From: Balamuthia mandrillaris
Taxonomy: Eukaryota
Assembly (NCBI GenBank): GCA_031835245.2
Contig: JAVKOQ020000071.1
Span: forward strand, 124,001 to 188,000
Direction: 5' to 3'
DNA length: 64,000 nucleotides
The notes under the pieces are model-generated. The model did no database searches and had not been told where the DNA came from. It saw only the letters and a list, made by a program, of their open reading frames with translations. Below, piece after piece: positions 21,654 to 34,317 of the stretch. Position numbers and translations under genes: made by a program. Every line of letters begins with the position of its first letter. Position 1 is the stretch's first letter.

Positions 21654-22073
21654 CAAAGAAAGGATTGACAGAGAGGTTAGCAGAGAAGAGAATAGTTACC
21701 AAGACAAAAAGTTACGAAGAACAGGAATAAGAATGATGGCACAGTTGAGTTTTAGGGCAGCAGCGCTGCAACGAGCTCCGATAAGCCCCCAGCTCAACAC
21801 TTTAAATACTTCATCGTCCACCACATAATAATCTGTTTCGCGTGGTGGTGGTTATTATTTTCAGGAGTTACAAAGCCAAATTACCTCAGCAACACGAGTC
21901 AAGAAACAGAGCGTACGTATAAATCGTTCGAGAATAACTGCAATGTTGGCAAGCACGTAGAGAAGAATAAATATGGCTTTGGGTCCTTCGTTGATCCAGT
22001 AGGTCTGAACGTCTTTACATGTTAGGAACCGAACCTTTGGGATTGACTTTATACAATGGAGAACGTTTCCCAT
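19542..22073 (-). CDS. noxA: NADPH oxidase catalytic subunit (gp91phox/NoxA-like)
   Basis: [22 protein letters not shown] (haem His), [12 protein letters not shown]...[15 protein letters not shown] (FAD), [30 protein letters not shown], terminal YYHKENF. No N-terminal EF-hands seen. Confidence 0.93.
21463..21653. repeat. Long imperfect (AG)n microsatellite in a Nox intron
   Basis: Interrupted AG-dinucleotide runs, i.e. (CT)n on the coding strand. Confidence 0.9.
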
Positions 22074-22527
22074 TTTTTGTTTTCTCGAAGAAGAAGAAGA
22101 AAAAAGAAAACGTGTGAACTCCTTCCCCTTCCCCTTCCTTCCTTCTTTCCTTTCAGTCCTTTTGTTCTTTTTGGGTTGGTTTTATTTTAATGACTTGGTG
22201 GGTCACCAAGGATAGAAACGAGCCACTAGACAAGACTTCCGTCCTTGGAAAGAGTCAAAAAAATGAGGAGTAACCTGAATTACATACACGAGTTACCACT
22301 TATAATGATTATGAGTATTATCAGCGCTCTTATATTTATTGGGGCGAAAACCTCATTCTGCGCAGTTTTACTTCGTTCTCTTTCTTCCTGTTTTTTGATT
22401 TCTGATTGGACGAGTGATCAACAACTTTGAATTTTTATTGGTCCGGAAATTTCAATTGCAATTATCTGATATTGGATTGGTGGATAAATAATAAAAAAAA
22501 GAAAAGAATGACGGAGGAGGGGCATTG

Positions 22528-23130
22528 CTAAGAGGAAAGCTCCGCCACTTTCTTCGCAAAGAGCTCAGCAGCTCTCTCCCAGACGGCTGCCATGGGGTCT
22601 TCCGCCTCTCGGCCCTTCTCCACCCAATGCGGCAGAGCCAACAGGCTGGACAGCAGATCATCCGAGAAGTTGATGCTGCTCTCCTTCGGCACCAGCGTAG
22701 GGAGGTGATCAATCGCCACAACGTCCAACAAAGGAGATGAGGAGGAGGAGGAAGAAGCGCCTTTGCTTGGCAGCACGCGAAGAATGGGTTCGACCAGAGT
22801 GGTCTGGTCGTTGTAGATGGGCAGCGGGTTGTTGGGATTGGTGTAGTCGCAGGAGACGTCCACCACCACCGAGAGCTGTCTCGTGCCCTTCTCCTCTTCT
22901 TGCTGAATGAGGTCCATGGTGAGGAAAGGAGGTATCTTGCCCATCAGGTAGATGCAGTTCACAAAGATGTCGCACTGGAGGATCTGTGGGAAGGGGCCAC
23001 CGGCGGCCGTCTCCTCCATGTCCCAGAGAACACGCTCTCCGATGTAGTTCTTCACCTGGTCCAAAAAGTAGATAGCTCCTCCTCCACATCTTCCTTTTTT
23101 TGTTTCTTTCATTAGGAACAAGAGAGAGGA

Positions 23131-23194
<64 letters not shown>

Positions 23195-24162
23195 AGAGAA
23201 AGAGAAAGAGAAAGAGAAAGAGAAAGAGAAAGAGAAAGAGAAAGAGAAAGAGAAAGAGAAAGAGAAAGAGAAAGAGAAAGAGAACAAAAGAAGGAAGAGA
23301 GAAGGAAGGGATAGAAACGAAAGAATAGGAATGAGGATAAAACCTTTGGCACCCATGATCATGACGCGCGGCCGCTTACCGGCAACCTTCTCAGCTGCTT
23401 GCAGGGCATTCCCAACTGTCTCAGCCAATGCCTCGATGCTGCTGGCCGGTTGCAAGGCTTTCATTGGCTCCTCTCCGTGCAACTGTTGGTGAGCCCATGC
23501 CAGCCTTTTTGACGCAGAAGAAGAAAGTGACAACGGAAGAAAGATTAGTAGAAGAACAACAAAGAAGCCTAGAGGGAGAGAGATAGAAACAGGAATGAAG
23601 AAAGAAACAGGAATGAGGCATGGAGAAAGAAGAAAGGATGAGAAGTGCAGAAGAAAGATATAAGAGTAGCAGAAGGAAAGAAGACAACAGAAAAAAGCAC
23701 AGAGAGAGAAGCGTACAAGCCAACAGCACAACCCGCCAAACCAGCAGCTCGTCCAAAGGCAGCCACGCGCCTGCCCTTGTCATCCACCAGGAACTCCAGG
23801 TCCAGCAGGAGACCCGAGCCCTTCACGAACCGGGCCAAGACGTCCCGCCAGCCCGTCTGGTTCTTGAAGCAGTGCGCAAAGTAAATGTGTCGGTGAGGGA
23901 GGGGGGAGTCGTCCCCTTCCGGCAATTCCTTTACGCCAAAGATGAGGCGGGAAAGGGGGGCCTCCCGCCAGCTGCCCGCCTCGACCAGGGTGCAGCCGGC
24001 CTCCTCGTAGTCTCCGTCGGGGAAGGCCCTGTCGGGGCTGCGCTCCACAAAGATGCGGAAGAGGCCGCTGTCGAGGAGCTTCTTGGCGTTGAGGGGGGTG
24101 AGCGGGGTTCTCCTCTCGTTGAGCTTGGTTTCGGCTCTTACGTGCAATTCTACCACTACCAT
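22528..24162 (-). CDS. LYS1: Saccharopine dehydrogenase [NAD+, L-lysine-forming]
   Basis: LHVRAETKLNERRTPLTP; IFGVKELP; HIYFAHCFKNQTGW; LLDLEFLVDDKGRRVAAFG; MGAKGRCG.GA; WDMEETAAGGPF; DIFVNCIYL; VVDVSCD; AIDHLPTLVPKESS..FS. Two introns. Confidence 0.93.
23135..23283. repeat. Compound microsatellite: (AG)n followed by (AGAAAG)n, in a LYS1 intron
   Basis: Read directly from the sequence. Confidence 0.95.
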
Positions 24163-24751
24163 TTTTTTTTTGTTTTGCGGGTTGGTTTTTTATGTCGTGA
24201 GAGAGAGAGCGAGCGACAAAGAAGAAAGCGTGTGGAAGCGAATGATTATTTTTTTAAAAAAAGAGAGAGAGAGAGGAAAAGGGAGGAGCGGGTTCTCCTT
24301 TTGCCTCGTTTCACTTTTTTCTTTCTTTTCTTTCTTTTGCTACCTTAATTTCAGTCGACGAATAATTTCTCCTACCTTAAATTCCATCGCATCCGTCCCT
24401 GCTGTGGAAAACGTCCGTCTCTTTTGGTTGATTTTGGCTAGACATAATTTCTTCATGTTCAGGAAAGAGCAATGTCGACAATAAATCTAAAATAGTTGTC
24501 GACAAAATTTTTAGAGGAAAGCAAAAATAAAAAGAAAGAAAGACGCAAGAGTGGGCTTGGAGCACACTCGACCCAACCTCTCTCTTGCTCCATCTCTCTC
24601 TCTTTTTGTGAAGTGTATGTATCACGTTGTTTATTTATTTCCTTGCGTTGCACACCGTCTTTGTGATGATCATGTTAAAAAACCCAATCTTTTGCTCACT
24701 TCAAATATCTTGAAAATAGAGAGAGAGAGAAAGAGACTGGGCGTTTTTGGG

Positions 24752-27700
24752 ATGTCGGACGAGGAAGATGTGCTCGGTTTTATGGAGATAGCGGAGATCA
24801 GAAGTACCGCCTCTGCGCGCAAGCGAAACACCTCTCCTTCTGCTTCTTCTCCGTCTTCTTCTTCGTCTCCGTCTTCTTCTTGCTCTTCTTCCTCTACTTC
24901 TCGGTCTTCTTCTTCTCGTTCTTCTTATTCTTCTTCACTTTACTCTTCCCTTTCGTCGTCGGCCTCTTCGAGTTCAGCTGTGCAACCCACAAAACACGTA
25001 ATACTCTACGAAGACGACGATGACTTTCTCGGCGGACCCGATCAACCCTCCTCCTCCTCTTCTTCATCTTCGTCGTTGTCGTCATCTAAAAAACGCTCTC
25101 CAAAACCTTCTAACCATAACCACAACGACCCCGACTACTCGGACGACGTCATATTTCTCTCTGCTGCTTCGTCCTCCTCCTCTTCCTCAAGCAAAAACCA
25201 ACATAGAAAGACTTCTCCTCCATCTTCTCTATCTAAAGAGCAATCGAAGACAACAACCCGGAATAAGAAAATAAAAGAAGAAGCAGAAAAAACAGCAACG
25301 CCCAAAACGACGAAACAAAGAGCCTCCCTTTCTTCCAGGAAGAGAAGGCTTGGAGAGAACAACAGCTCAACAGCAGCAACCGACAAGAAACGAAGGACTT
25401 CGCCATCCTCAACTTCAAGCACGAAAAGAAAAAGTGTGAAACGTTCAGCGGCACCCTTGAGAGAGGGAGAAGTGATCATTTCCGAAGAGGAGGAAGAAGG
25501 AGAGGAGGAAGGAGTCGCGGAAGAAGTACACAAGAAGGCGGAAGTGGTGGATGTGGACTTTGCCGTTCAACGGCGGAGGCTACGCTTTGGCAGAATGTCA
25601 AGCTCTACTGACATTTCCTCTGGTACCATTTTCATTTGCTTGTTTGCGCGATTGTATGTGTGTGTGTATGTGGTGTGTGGTGTGTATGTTTTAGGGTTAT
25701 TGTTTTTTTTTTTTTTTGCGTCATGCTGATATCGTCAACGTAAAGACAGCACATCGACAACCAACAAACGAAGAACAAACTCAAGAGAGGCTTCATCATC
25801 TCCATCCTCCAGTCCTCTAATCACCACCAGAACGGAACGGTTGTGGGTTGACAAATACGCCCCTCGCTCTGAGGCTGAGCTGGCTCTCTATGGCCCTAAA
25901 GTTTCTGTCGTAAGGGAGTGGTTACAACGCAGCCTTCATGACTTGCGCAAAGGCCGCCCTCAAATATCCTTTCTTCATTCCTTGCTCTTGCCTCCCTTTC
26001 CTCTTTCCTCTCTTTTCTTCCCTCCTTTCTCTTGTTTTTCTTTCGTTCTGGCGGCAGCCTTGACTTCTACATGATGAGATAACGCTGCAAAGTTGTTGTG
26101 TCTAACGGGACCGTCTGGTGGTGGCAAGACAGCTCTCGTTCGGGTATTGGCGGATGAACTTCAGTGTCCACTCATGGAATGGACGAATCCAACCTCTTGT
26201 AAATGGAGTAATGCTGAAAGTAAGTTTATTTCTTTTGTTCTCTTTTAGTATTTATTTATCTTTGACACGTTCGTAGATAGATTATCGGTGAGTTACACAC
26301 CTGCTCTCGAAGAGTTTCGGCGGTTCATGTTACGCAGCGAACGTTATCCATCTTTGATCACACCTTTTCCAACCTCATCGCACTCTTCTATTCCACTTTT
26401 TACTACCACCTCCTCTTCCTCTTCTTCCACAAATTCCAAGAACAGCTCCACCAGAAAAGGCAAGCAGAAACCCAACAACTCTCTAACACTCGGGTCCTTT
26501 CCTCACCACAACAACCATAACACAAAACCACAACTCTCTGGAGAGAAGATAATTCTTTTAGAAGATCTCCCTATGTTAGATAGAGAGGAATGGATCGCTG
26601 AGTTTCGTAACATCCTCCGTGACTATATCGCTCAAGGCCGGTATCCCTTGGTCTTGATCCTTAGCGACGACTCTTTGGGCAACTCTTCTTTGCGACGGCT
26701 GCTCTCCACTGACATTCTGGAAGGACCTCAAGTGGCTCAAGTCAAATGTCCGGCCATCGCTCCCACCAAGTTGACCAAAGTGTTGCGACAAATATTGGCA
26801 GCGGAATACGGACCGGAACATATACTGCCTCCTTCAACCCTTTCCTCGTTGGCGGAGAGCAGTGGTGGTGATCTTCGGCATGCCATCAATGCTCTTCAAT
26901 TCTTTTGCACAAAGAAGGGGCCTGTCTTTGCTCCAAAGTTGGAACAGCCACAGAAAAAGAGAGGTCAAAAAGCAAAAGCGAAAACAAAGTTGGACATTCT
27001 TGTGAATGGGGAAGTGGAGGAAGCACCGAGTGGACCTTCTGCTTTTATCGGAGAGTTAAGGTATTGGTTAATGTTATTGTTTGTTGTTTGTTTTTTAAGG
27101 TTTTGTTTTGGAAGAGTGCTGTTTTCTTATGAATCTCTCTCTCTCTCTCCTCTCTTGGTACAGTCGGATAGGCAGCAGAGACATCTCTCTATCACTATTT
27201 CACGCGCTTGGCAAAATCTTATTTAACAAACGTTCGTTCAAACTCTTTTTTTTTTCTCTCAACCAGGCCTAATATGTTTTTTTTTTTCAAAAAACTAGGG
27301 ATACGAGCATTAACAGAGGAAGACAAGCAACGAGAAAGAAACATTCGTGGTCCCATTGTAGAACCAGACCACCCTTTCTACCGCGCTCCTCCGGAGAATT
27401 GCTGCGAGGACGTTCTCTCTCATGTACCCGCGGAAGCTCGCCTCTTCAACGACTTTCTTCACGAGAACTACGTTCCTTTTTTCCAAGAGACAGATGATTT
27501 GGCGCTCAGCGCTGCCTATCTGTCCGATGCCGAGTTGTTGAGCTCCGATTGGCGAGACTTAGCGGTCTTAGAAGGCTATGCCGCTTCAATCGGCTCTCGC
27601 GGCATTATGTACAGCAACACATGTCCTCCTCCACAACGAGGCTTTCAACCATTGTACAAACCGCATCAGATGCAGGCCCGCATTACGCTTCGAGACAATC

Positions 27701-28477
27701 TTGCCGAATGTCGCCAGTTGTTCACGCCTAATTCTTCTTCTTCATCTACTTATTTTCGTTCTGCTCCTTCCTCTGCATCATCGTTAAGTTTGTCTCGTGC
27801 TTCGTCGTCTTATTCTTCAGCTATCTCCACTTCTCCTTCCGGTTTGCTTTGTTCTCTACTTTTCCATTCTGTAGTTCTCTCCCTTATCGCGCTACTAACG
27901 TTACACTCTATTTTCATTACATCAAAGGAGGGTCGGTTCCTTTTCGGACGGAGGAAAGAAGCCTTCCTCTGGTGACGGAGGTATTGCCCTATCTTCACCG
28001 GATTCGCAGCAACTGCCCACGTGCTCCTTCCGCCCCGTATCGTCGCTCTTATCCTTCACGCTCTGCTTTGCCTTCTTACTATCAACACCAGTATACGCCA
28101 CCTTTCTTGACCCATGGTACCTTCTTCTTTTCTTTCCCCCTTTTCTTTCTTGCGTTCTCTTTTAATCTTTCATTCTAATACCACTTTTTTTTGACAAATA
28201 AACAGCACAAGAAAAGCTGTTGAGTTCGTTGTGCAGTTACTCCCGCACCCACTCCCTTCCTCACTCGGAGCACTTGGACCAAAACGAAGGCGTCACGGCT
28301 CCACAAGAAGAAAACGAAACGCCGATGCAAAACGAAGAGTCCAAAGCCGAGGAGGCAGAAGAAGAAGCACAAGAGCAAGAACAAGATGAAGCAACCTTCA
28401 AGATCCCAAAACCTCAACACCCAAACGAATATTCCTCCGCCGAAGCTCTGTTGGAGGACGACATCACCGACTTTTAA
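24752..28477 (+). CDS. RAD17: Checkpoint clamp loader Rad17 (AAA+) with a long S-rich N-terminus
   Basis: LWVDKYAPRSEAELAL...KVSVVREWL; Walker A LTGPSGGGKTALVRVLA; EWTNP; IILLEDLP; SGGDLRHAINALQF; RDISLSLFHALGKIL; FLHENY; AAYLSDAE. Confidence 0.88.
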
Positions 28478-28695
28478 ACTTTAAAAAAAAACGAGTCCAA
28501 ACGACGTTGTCGACAGGAATGTGTCGCTTCGCAAAGGAACAACAATTGCCTTTTTTCGGGACTACTATATACATTAAACTCAAACAAACAAAAAAAACAA
28601 GTGGAGGAGGGTGGAGCACAACAGAAACCAACAACAAAACAAAAAAGAAAACATACAAAGCAGCGAAAAAGAACAAACAAACAAACGTGGGTTCG

Positions 28696-30070
28696 ATGAT
28701 GACCACACCAACCACCATCACGTCCCCGCGAAAATCTTCTTCTCCTGAAACTCTCGGCCTACGAAGAGACTCCATAGGAGGAAACCGCGGGAACATCTCC
28801 CCGGACAAAGATGAGAACAGACGAAGACCCCTTTCGGCGAGAGAGACCTCTTCTCCACTGAAGAGGGACACGAGGCCGGTGACAGCGGGCTTCAATCGTA
28901 GATCTTCCGCCTCCGACTTGTCCGCCATCGACAGCGACAGCGGAATGGCGGTAGAAGGGGAAGGCACTTTGCCCCCTCCTTCTTTCTCATCTCCTTCATT
29001 GAGTTCGTTTCCTTCTTCCACTTCTTTGATGGACTATAGCCAGCCACCCACTTCTCCACGCGGTTTCAACAGAAACGCGAGAGACAAACAACAGTCACAG
29101 CTACAAATTTCATCTTCCCCCTCAGGATGGGTACGAAGCGTTCCCAAAGATGAGTGGAAGTGGAAAGCGGAGGTGGAGGAGCGTCGACGCAAGATGACTG
29201 AGAAAGAGTTGGAAGATACCAGGAGACAACTGGCTAACTTGATAGCCTCACTCGACGAGCCGTTCAAATCAGATGCCAATGCCACCACCAACAACAACAG
29301 CACCAACTCTTCGGGTGGAGCAGAAAGGGGGTCAGTGCTGTCTCTTTCCAGTGGAGGTCTTCCTGGCTTTGCTGAGGTTCCAACGTTCATAAAGCAAGAC
29401 CGGGGAAACATGGCGGCAGCAGGCTCTCAGTTTGGCATGGTGATAGCGGAGTTGGATGCGATGAACGCCTCTGGGCCGTTCAGCCTCTCCGCTTTGGAGG
29501 ACAAATTGGAGGTGGATGGCTATGGCATGGAATCAGAGGAAGGAGGGAGTGGCGCTCTTATTCAGGATGCTGCGAGCTCAGCGGAACAGATGGAACGGTT
29601 TGGGCATGTGCATGAGTTTAATGAAGAGGCAGAGACAAACCTTCGCTTTGATGAGAGTGGAGTGAGCGCCGCTTCGCTGACAAAGTTGGTGGAAATGATC
29701 ACACTGCCCACTAAACATGGTTTCTCTTCTTTCGCCCTCTTCACCTTTTCTATCTGTCTTCTCCACTTTCTTCTACCAGCTTTTCTAACATGTTCTCCCC
29801 ACTTGAAGACCATAACTTGGTGATGGCTTTCTTTATTACATGTCGTTCGTTCACCACGCCGCGAGTAGTGCTAGAGAAACTAATTCTTAGGTTATTCTTT
29901 TTTGTTCCCTTTTCTTGCGGAGTAAACGAAACGCCAATTGACCTTAAACATATAGATATGCGGCACCTCCGCCACGCACAGGTACATGGGAAGAAAAAGA
30001 TCGGTTTACTAAAGAGCAACAACCGGTAATTCGACTTCGTGTCTGTAACGCATTGCGGTACCATGCCCGA

Positions 30071-30117
<47 letters not shown>

Positions 30118-31858
30118 TTCTCCTCTTATTGAATTGTTGGACAATAGTCATTGGATAGAAAAGCATGAGTATGGTATGTTCGCTCTTCCTTTCTGTTATT
30201 TCTCCCTCCTCCAAAAATAGGAAGTTATTCTTAAGTTAGATGGAAAAACCTTATATCTGGATAAACAAAATAGACTTTGAGAATAAAGTTCTTCGAAAGA
30301 GGTTCCTGTGGTTCGCCCAAAACGTTGTAGAGCAGGAAAAGATGAGAGACATGCTTGCCAAAGCATTTGACAAAGCCATCCAAAAACTGAACAGAACCTA
30401 CGACAAATTACAGCTCATTGACGAACTCAACTACATCAAACGACGTCAAGAAACGATTGTTGAGGTATGGTTTATGTTCTTATTATTTTCATTTGTTGGT
30501 TTGTTCCAGAAACAAACAGAAAACTATTGCAGAAACTTAAAACATTCGAAGAAGAGCCACTGTCGAACCCTCGTGAAACCAACGCCCCCAGGCCCATGCT
30601 ACCCAAGAACTTCCAAGCGAGAGAAAGGTTTTTGTTGGACTGGCACCCCACGGAGATTGCTAGGCAGATCACCCTCATCGAATTGTACATTCTTTGTTAT
30701 CTTCTTCATTGCTTCGACTTTCTTTACTCATTCTTTTCTTACGTGGTAAATCAACAACAGTGATTTGTTTCAGCGGATACAACCGAAAGAATTCTTGAAT
30801 CAAAGTTGGAACAAGCAAGGCAGAGAAGACAAGGCGCCTGGTATATGTGCCCTGATAGATAGGTTTAACGAGGTACCCACTCCACTACCTCCACTCATCG
30901 TCATCGTATTGAACTAAAAAGCTCCTTATTTTTGTTGCAGATGAGCATGCTGATGGCAACTTCCATTCTGTTGTTAGAAGATTTGGACGACAGACGAGCA
31001 ATGCTCAAGAAATGGATACTAGTTGCTGAGGTTCATTCTCCCTTTTCTCGAACGAACTTTTCTCGTTTTCAACTGGACTCAACTTTTAATCACAGGAATG
31101 TTTTACTATGAATAACTTTAATGCATTGATGGAAGTCGTGTCGGGGCTGAACGCTCCTTCATTGACAAGGCTGTCTCGAACGTGGGATGCGCTATCCTCA
31201 AAAACTAAAGATAAGTTTCGCGAGCTGACGTTGGTTACCGCCACTGAGAAAAACTTCAAAACCTTGCGAGAGCGTGTGGCTAGCGCTCCTCCTCCAAAGC
31301 TGCCTTATATTGGCACCGCTTTAGCTGACCTCACCTTCATTGAAGAAGGTGCCCTCCTCTTCTTCCTTTCTCACTAGCAACTTTATTGTTAAATATTCAC
31401 ATGCGTGAACAGGCAACCCAGACTACACAGAAGAGGGGCTCATCAACTTTGCAAAGCGGCAGGTAAGTGAAATTTCGTTTTTCTGTTTTATTTCCCGAAT
31501 TACAACACGACCCCTGTGGGTTCCTTCGGAGTTTTCACGGTCCGTGACACCAAATGCTTGGTTGTCGGGGCTGTGTGGAAACTTTCATTTGTGAGTTTAC
31601 TCACTTGTGTGATTTTTAATCCATCAGCTGCTGACAACTGTGATAGTGCACATGCAAACCTACCAACAACAGCGATACAACTACATGGCTGTACCGCCAC
31701 TCAAAACCTACTTGTTGACGCATCCACTGCTGCCAGCCGAAGAATGTTATGAGCGCTCGTTGCGGTTGGAGCCCAGAAGAGTCACTGTACGAGCCAGTGA
31801 AGGCAGAAAATCCAGCGTCAATCGCAAGGGCTCAGTTCAGAATGTTCTTTCCTCGTAA
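28696..31858 (+). CDS. Ras guanine-nucleotide exchange factor (REM + CDC25 domains), carrying a mini transposon-intron
   Basis: AASLTKLVE; FFITCRSFTTP; WHPTEIARQITLIE; IQPKEFLNQSW; MNNFNALMEVVSGL; PYIGTALADLTFIEEGNPD...LINFAKRQ|LL; YERSLRLEPR. Confidence 0.9.
31463..31627 (+). mobile_element. 165-bp miniature non-coding derivative of the IS607/Fanzor element, forming a phase-0 GT-AG intron in RasGEF
   Basis: 121 bp of left end (one SNP vs 10193-10313) joined at AACT microhomology to 44 bp of right end (12520-12563). Ends are GCAG|GTAAGT...CCATCAG|. Removal gives GLINFAKRQ|LLTTVIVHMQTYQQQRY. Confidence 0.95.
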
Positions 31859-31943
31859 GATGTATTCATCACTGATACGAACAGAAGCGAGGAGAAGAGA
31901 GGAGAGAAGAGAGGTCGTAGGAAGAAAGAGTGATATCATTGTG

Positions 31944-33018
31944 TTAATGTTCCACTTCCTTGTCCTTGTTATTAGGAACGTCCACTCTTTTGATCACAAA
32001 TTCATCTCTCGTCATGTTTTCCTCCTCTTTCTCCTCCTCATCTTCCTTCACCTTCTCCTTAAGCTTTCCTTCTCCCTCGTCGCTTTCCTCTTTTGAAGAA
32101 GGATTTCGTGGCAGTCCAAGCGCTGCACGCAGAGCTTTCACCAGATAGAGGTTGGTGTCCTGATTGAGTACAGTGGCGTCCTCTACTTTGATTCTATTCT
32201 CGGTGTCGTTGTGTTGCGAGCAGTGCAAGTAGGAACGCCATGGGTGGCGCTTCATGTCCACAGGAGAAAAGTCTCCAGTGACATCGATGGCTACCACTCT
32301 TCCTTCGCTCAACTCTATGAACGCTTCCAATACTGCCATCACTACCGCAAGTGCAAAAAGAGATGTTAGGCATGTACGGTTGGGCAGAGGGAGGGAGATA
32401 AACCTTCTCTTCGGAAGAAACGGCCCGAATTCCAGTTTTGCAGAGTATGTGAACGGAGCATGCAATCCTTGTCAAGAGTAATGTAAAGAGGGTATTGCCG
32501 AAGCACTTGTGCATAGGGAGCTAACAACTCTTTCATTCGGTCTTTGCTGCAGCCCACTCTTATATCCTCTAGCACTGGCGCATGATCCACTTTGTCCCAT
32601 TTTGATCCAGCAAATTTTTCTGTTGCTGGAAACATTCTATGGAGACAGAAGAAAAATGAACAACGAGATTGCCAGCCAACAACAGAAATGGAGCAGAGAC
32701 AAAGATGGGCAGGAAAAAGTACTTGATCTTTCCAGAAAGAAGGTCGTTCCAAGGTGTCGTCCGCATGCAAAAGTCATCCTCAAACTCACCAGAAGCTCCT
32801 CCTATATGAAATGCTTGTTGTACTGTTGGAAGGCTGCAAGCGCTATTGTTCAAAATAAACAACCACCACAAACATCAGTTTCATTCGACAAGAGAGAGAG
32901 AACGGGGGAGGAAAAACTCAACTGATTGAACCAACATCCACAGTGGAGACCAGGATAGTATTTGAGGTAGTCTGGATGGTTGTCTAACAGCAGCTTCACA
33001 AAAAGGTAAGCAGGGAGA

Positions 33019-33063
<45 letters not shown>

Positions 33064-33736
33064 GTGAGACGAGAAACAAGAAGAAAACTGACAAAGGAAA
33101 CGACAACAAAGAAAGATGATGAACGGCAAAGCACACCAGGTTAAAAGGTTCACGAATGCGTCTAATGAGGGCAAGCGACAAGTGATGAAAGTCGTTAGAG
33201 CCATAGAAAGTAATGGAAGGGCCGTGCTCGTTGCTATCCACCGTACCAAACGCCTTATTGAGCTCTCGCTCAAAGCCCCAAAAGTCTCGGAAGGAGCAGT
33301 CCATCCGCAGCGGCACGCACCACTCCTTCAGGTGCAGCACCTTGGGCTTAAACTCCTCGATGAACTGCTTCTGCAGGAGCAGAGCGTCATCCAAGTTGAT
33401 CACGCGAATGTGCAAGTCCCAGCCTTCCGGTCTCCTCCTTTTCCTTGTCTTCTCCTCACTCTCCTCCTCCTCTTGTTGTCCAGAGAGAAGAAGGAGCTTG
33501 TCCCGGTGGGCGCGTGATCTTTGGCGGAGGAGAGCCTCCTGCGGGGAGTAGCCCTCCAGCCGCTCCAACGCCAAGTAGTTGTGGCGGGCGTAGAGCAAGT
33601 AGAGAGCGCCGCCGCAGAGGGCCACCGCGCCCGCTGCCCCCGTGCCCCTCAGCAGCTTACGGAGGGTATCCCCATGCAGCGGGGCGAAGGGCCAGCCGCC
33701 CATCACCGCCACCACCCCCACCATTTGTTCCGTCAT
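31944..33736 (-). CDS. Arginase/deacetylase-fold family protein of unknown function with an N-terminal hydrophobic segment
   Basis: ITFYGSNDFHHLSLALIRR; LLLDNHPDY; LHCGCWFN; LYITLDKDC...QNWNSG; VVAIDVTGD. These resemble ureohydrolase-like metal-binding motifs. Confidence 0.65.
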
Positions 33737-34317
33737 CTTTTCTTTTCTTTTCTTTTATTTATTTCTTTTCTTTTCTTTTCTTTTCTTTTCTTTATTTTCT
33801 TTTATTTATTTATTTATTTTGTTTTATTATATTTTTAATCGATTAAAATTGTATTAACTGGTGCACCACAGGTGATGATAGGAAGGTGAAGGGAGGAGGA
33901 GGAAACAGAAGGAAGAACAAAAGAAGAGCTGTGCCAGGCGGCCCCTTTTGTCTCCCGAGCTCAAAGCCACGAGAGAGCACAAGTTAAAAAAAGGGGGGGG
34001 GACCAGAGTGGCGGAGATGCGCACCGAGGGCAAACAACAAAACTGTTGCTTGCCGCTTGCGTGCATCGCGCATTCGATGTGGCATATGTTCTTACCAACA
34101 AGCCACTATGACTTGATGGCCTTTTTATATGCACAGAAAGAGAAGAGCAAGGAGAAAGAGGGAAGAGAACCAAGAGAGGAGGAAAGAGGGGAGGGGAGAG
34201 AGAAAGGGGAGAAGAGAAGAGACGTATCCAATAGGGGCTTGTTCTATAATTACGATTTTGAATAACAGAGAAAAAATGCATCACCTTTTTACGTTTTGGT
34301 AGTTCATTGAAGCTTGC

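Noticed and set aside
23186..23283. Regular repeat as a CRISPR-like array
   Set aside because: Simple hexamer microsatellite with no spacers; eukaryotic context and no cas genes.
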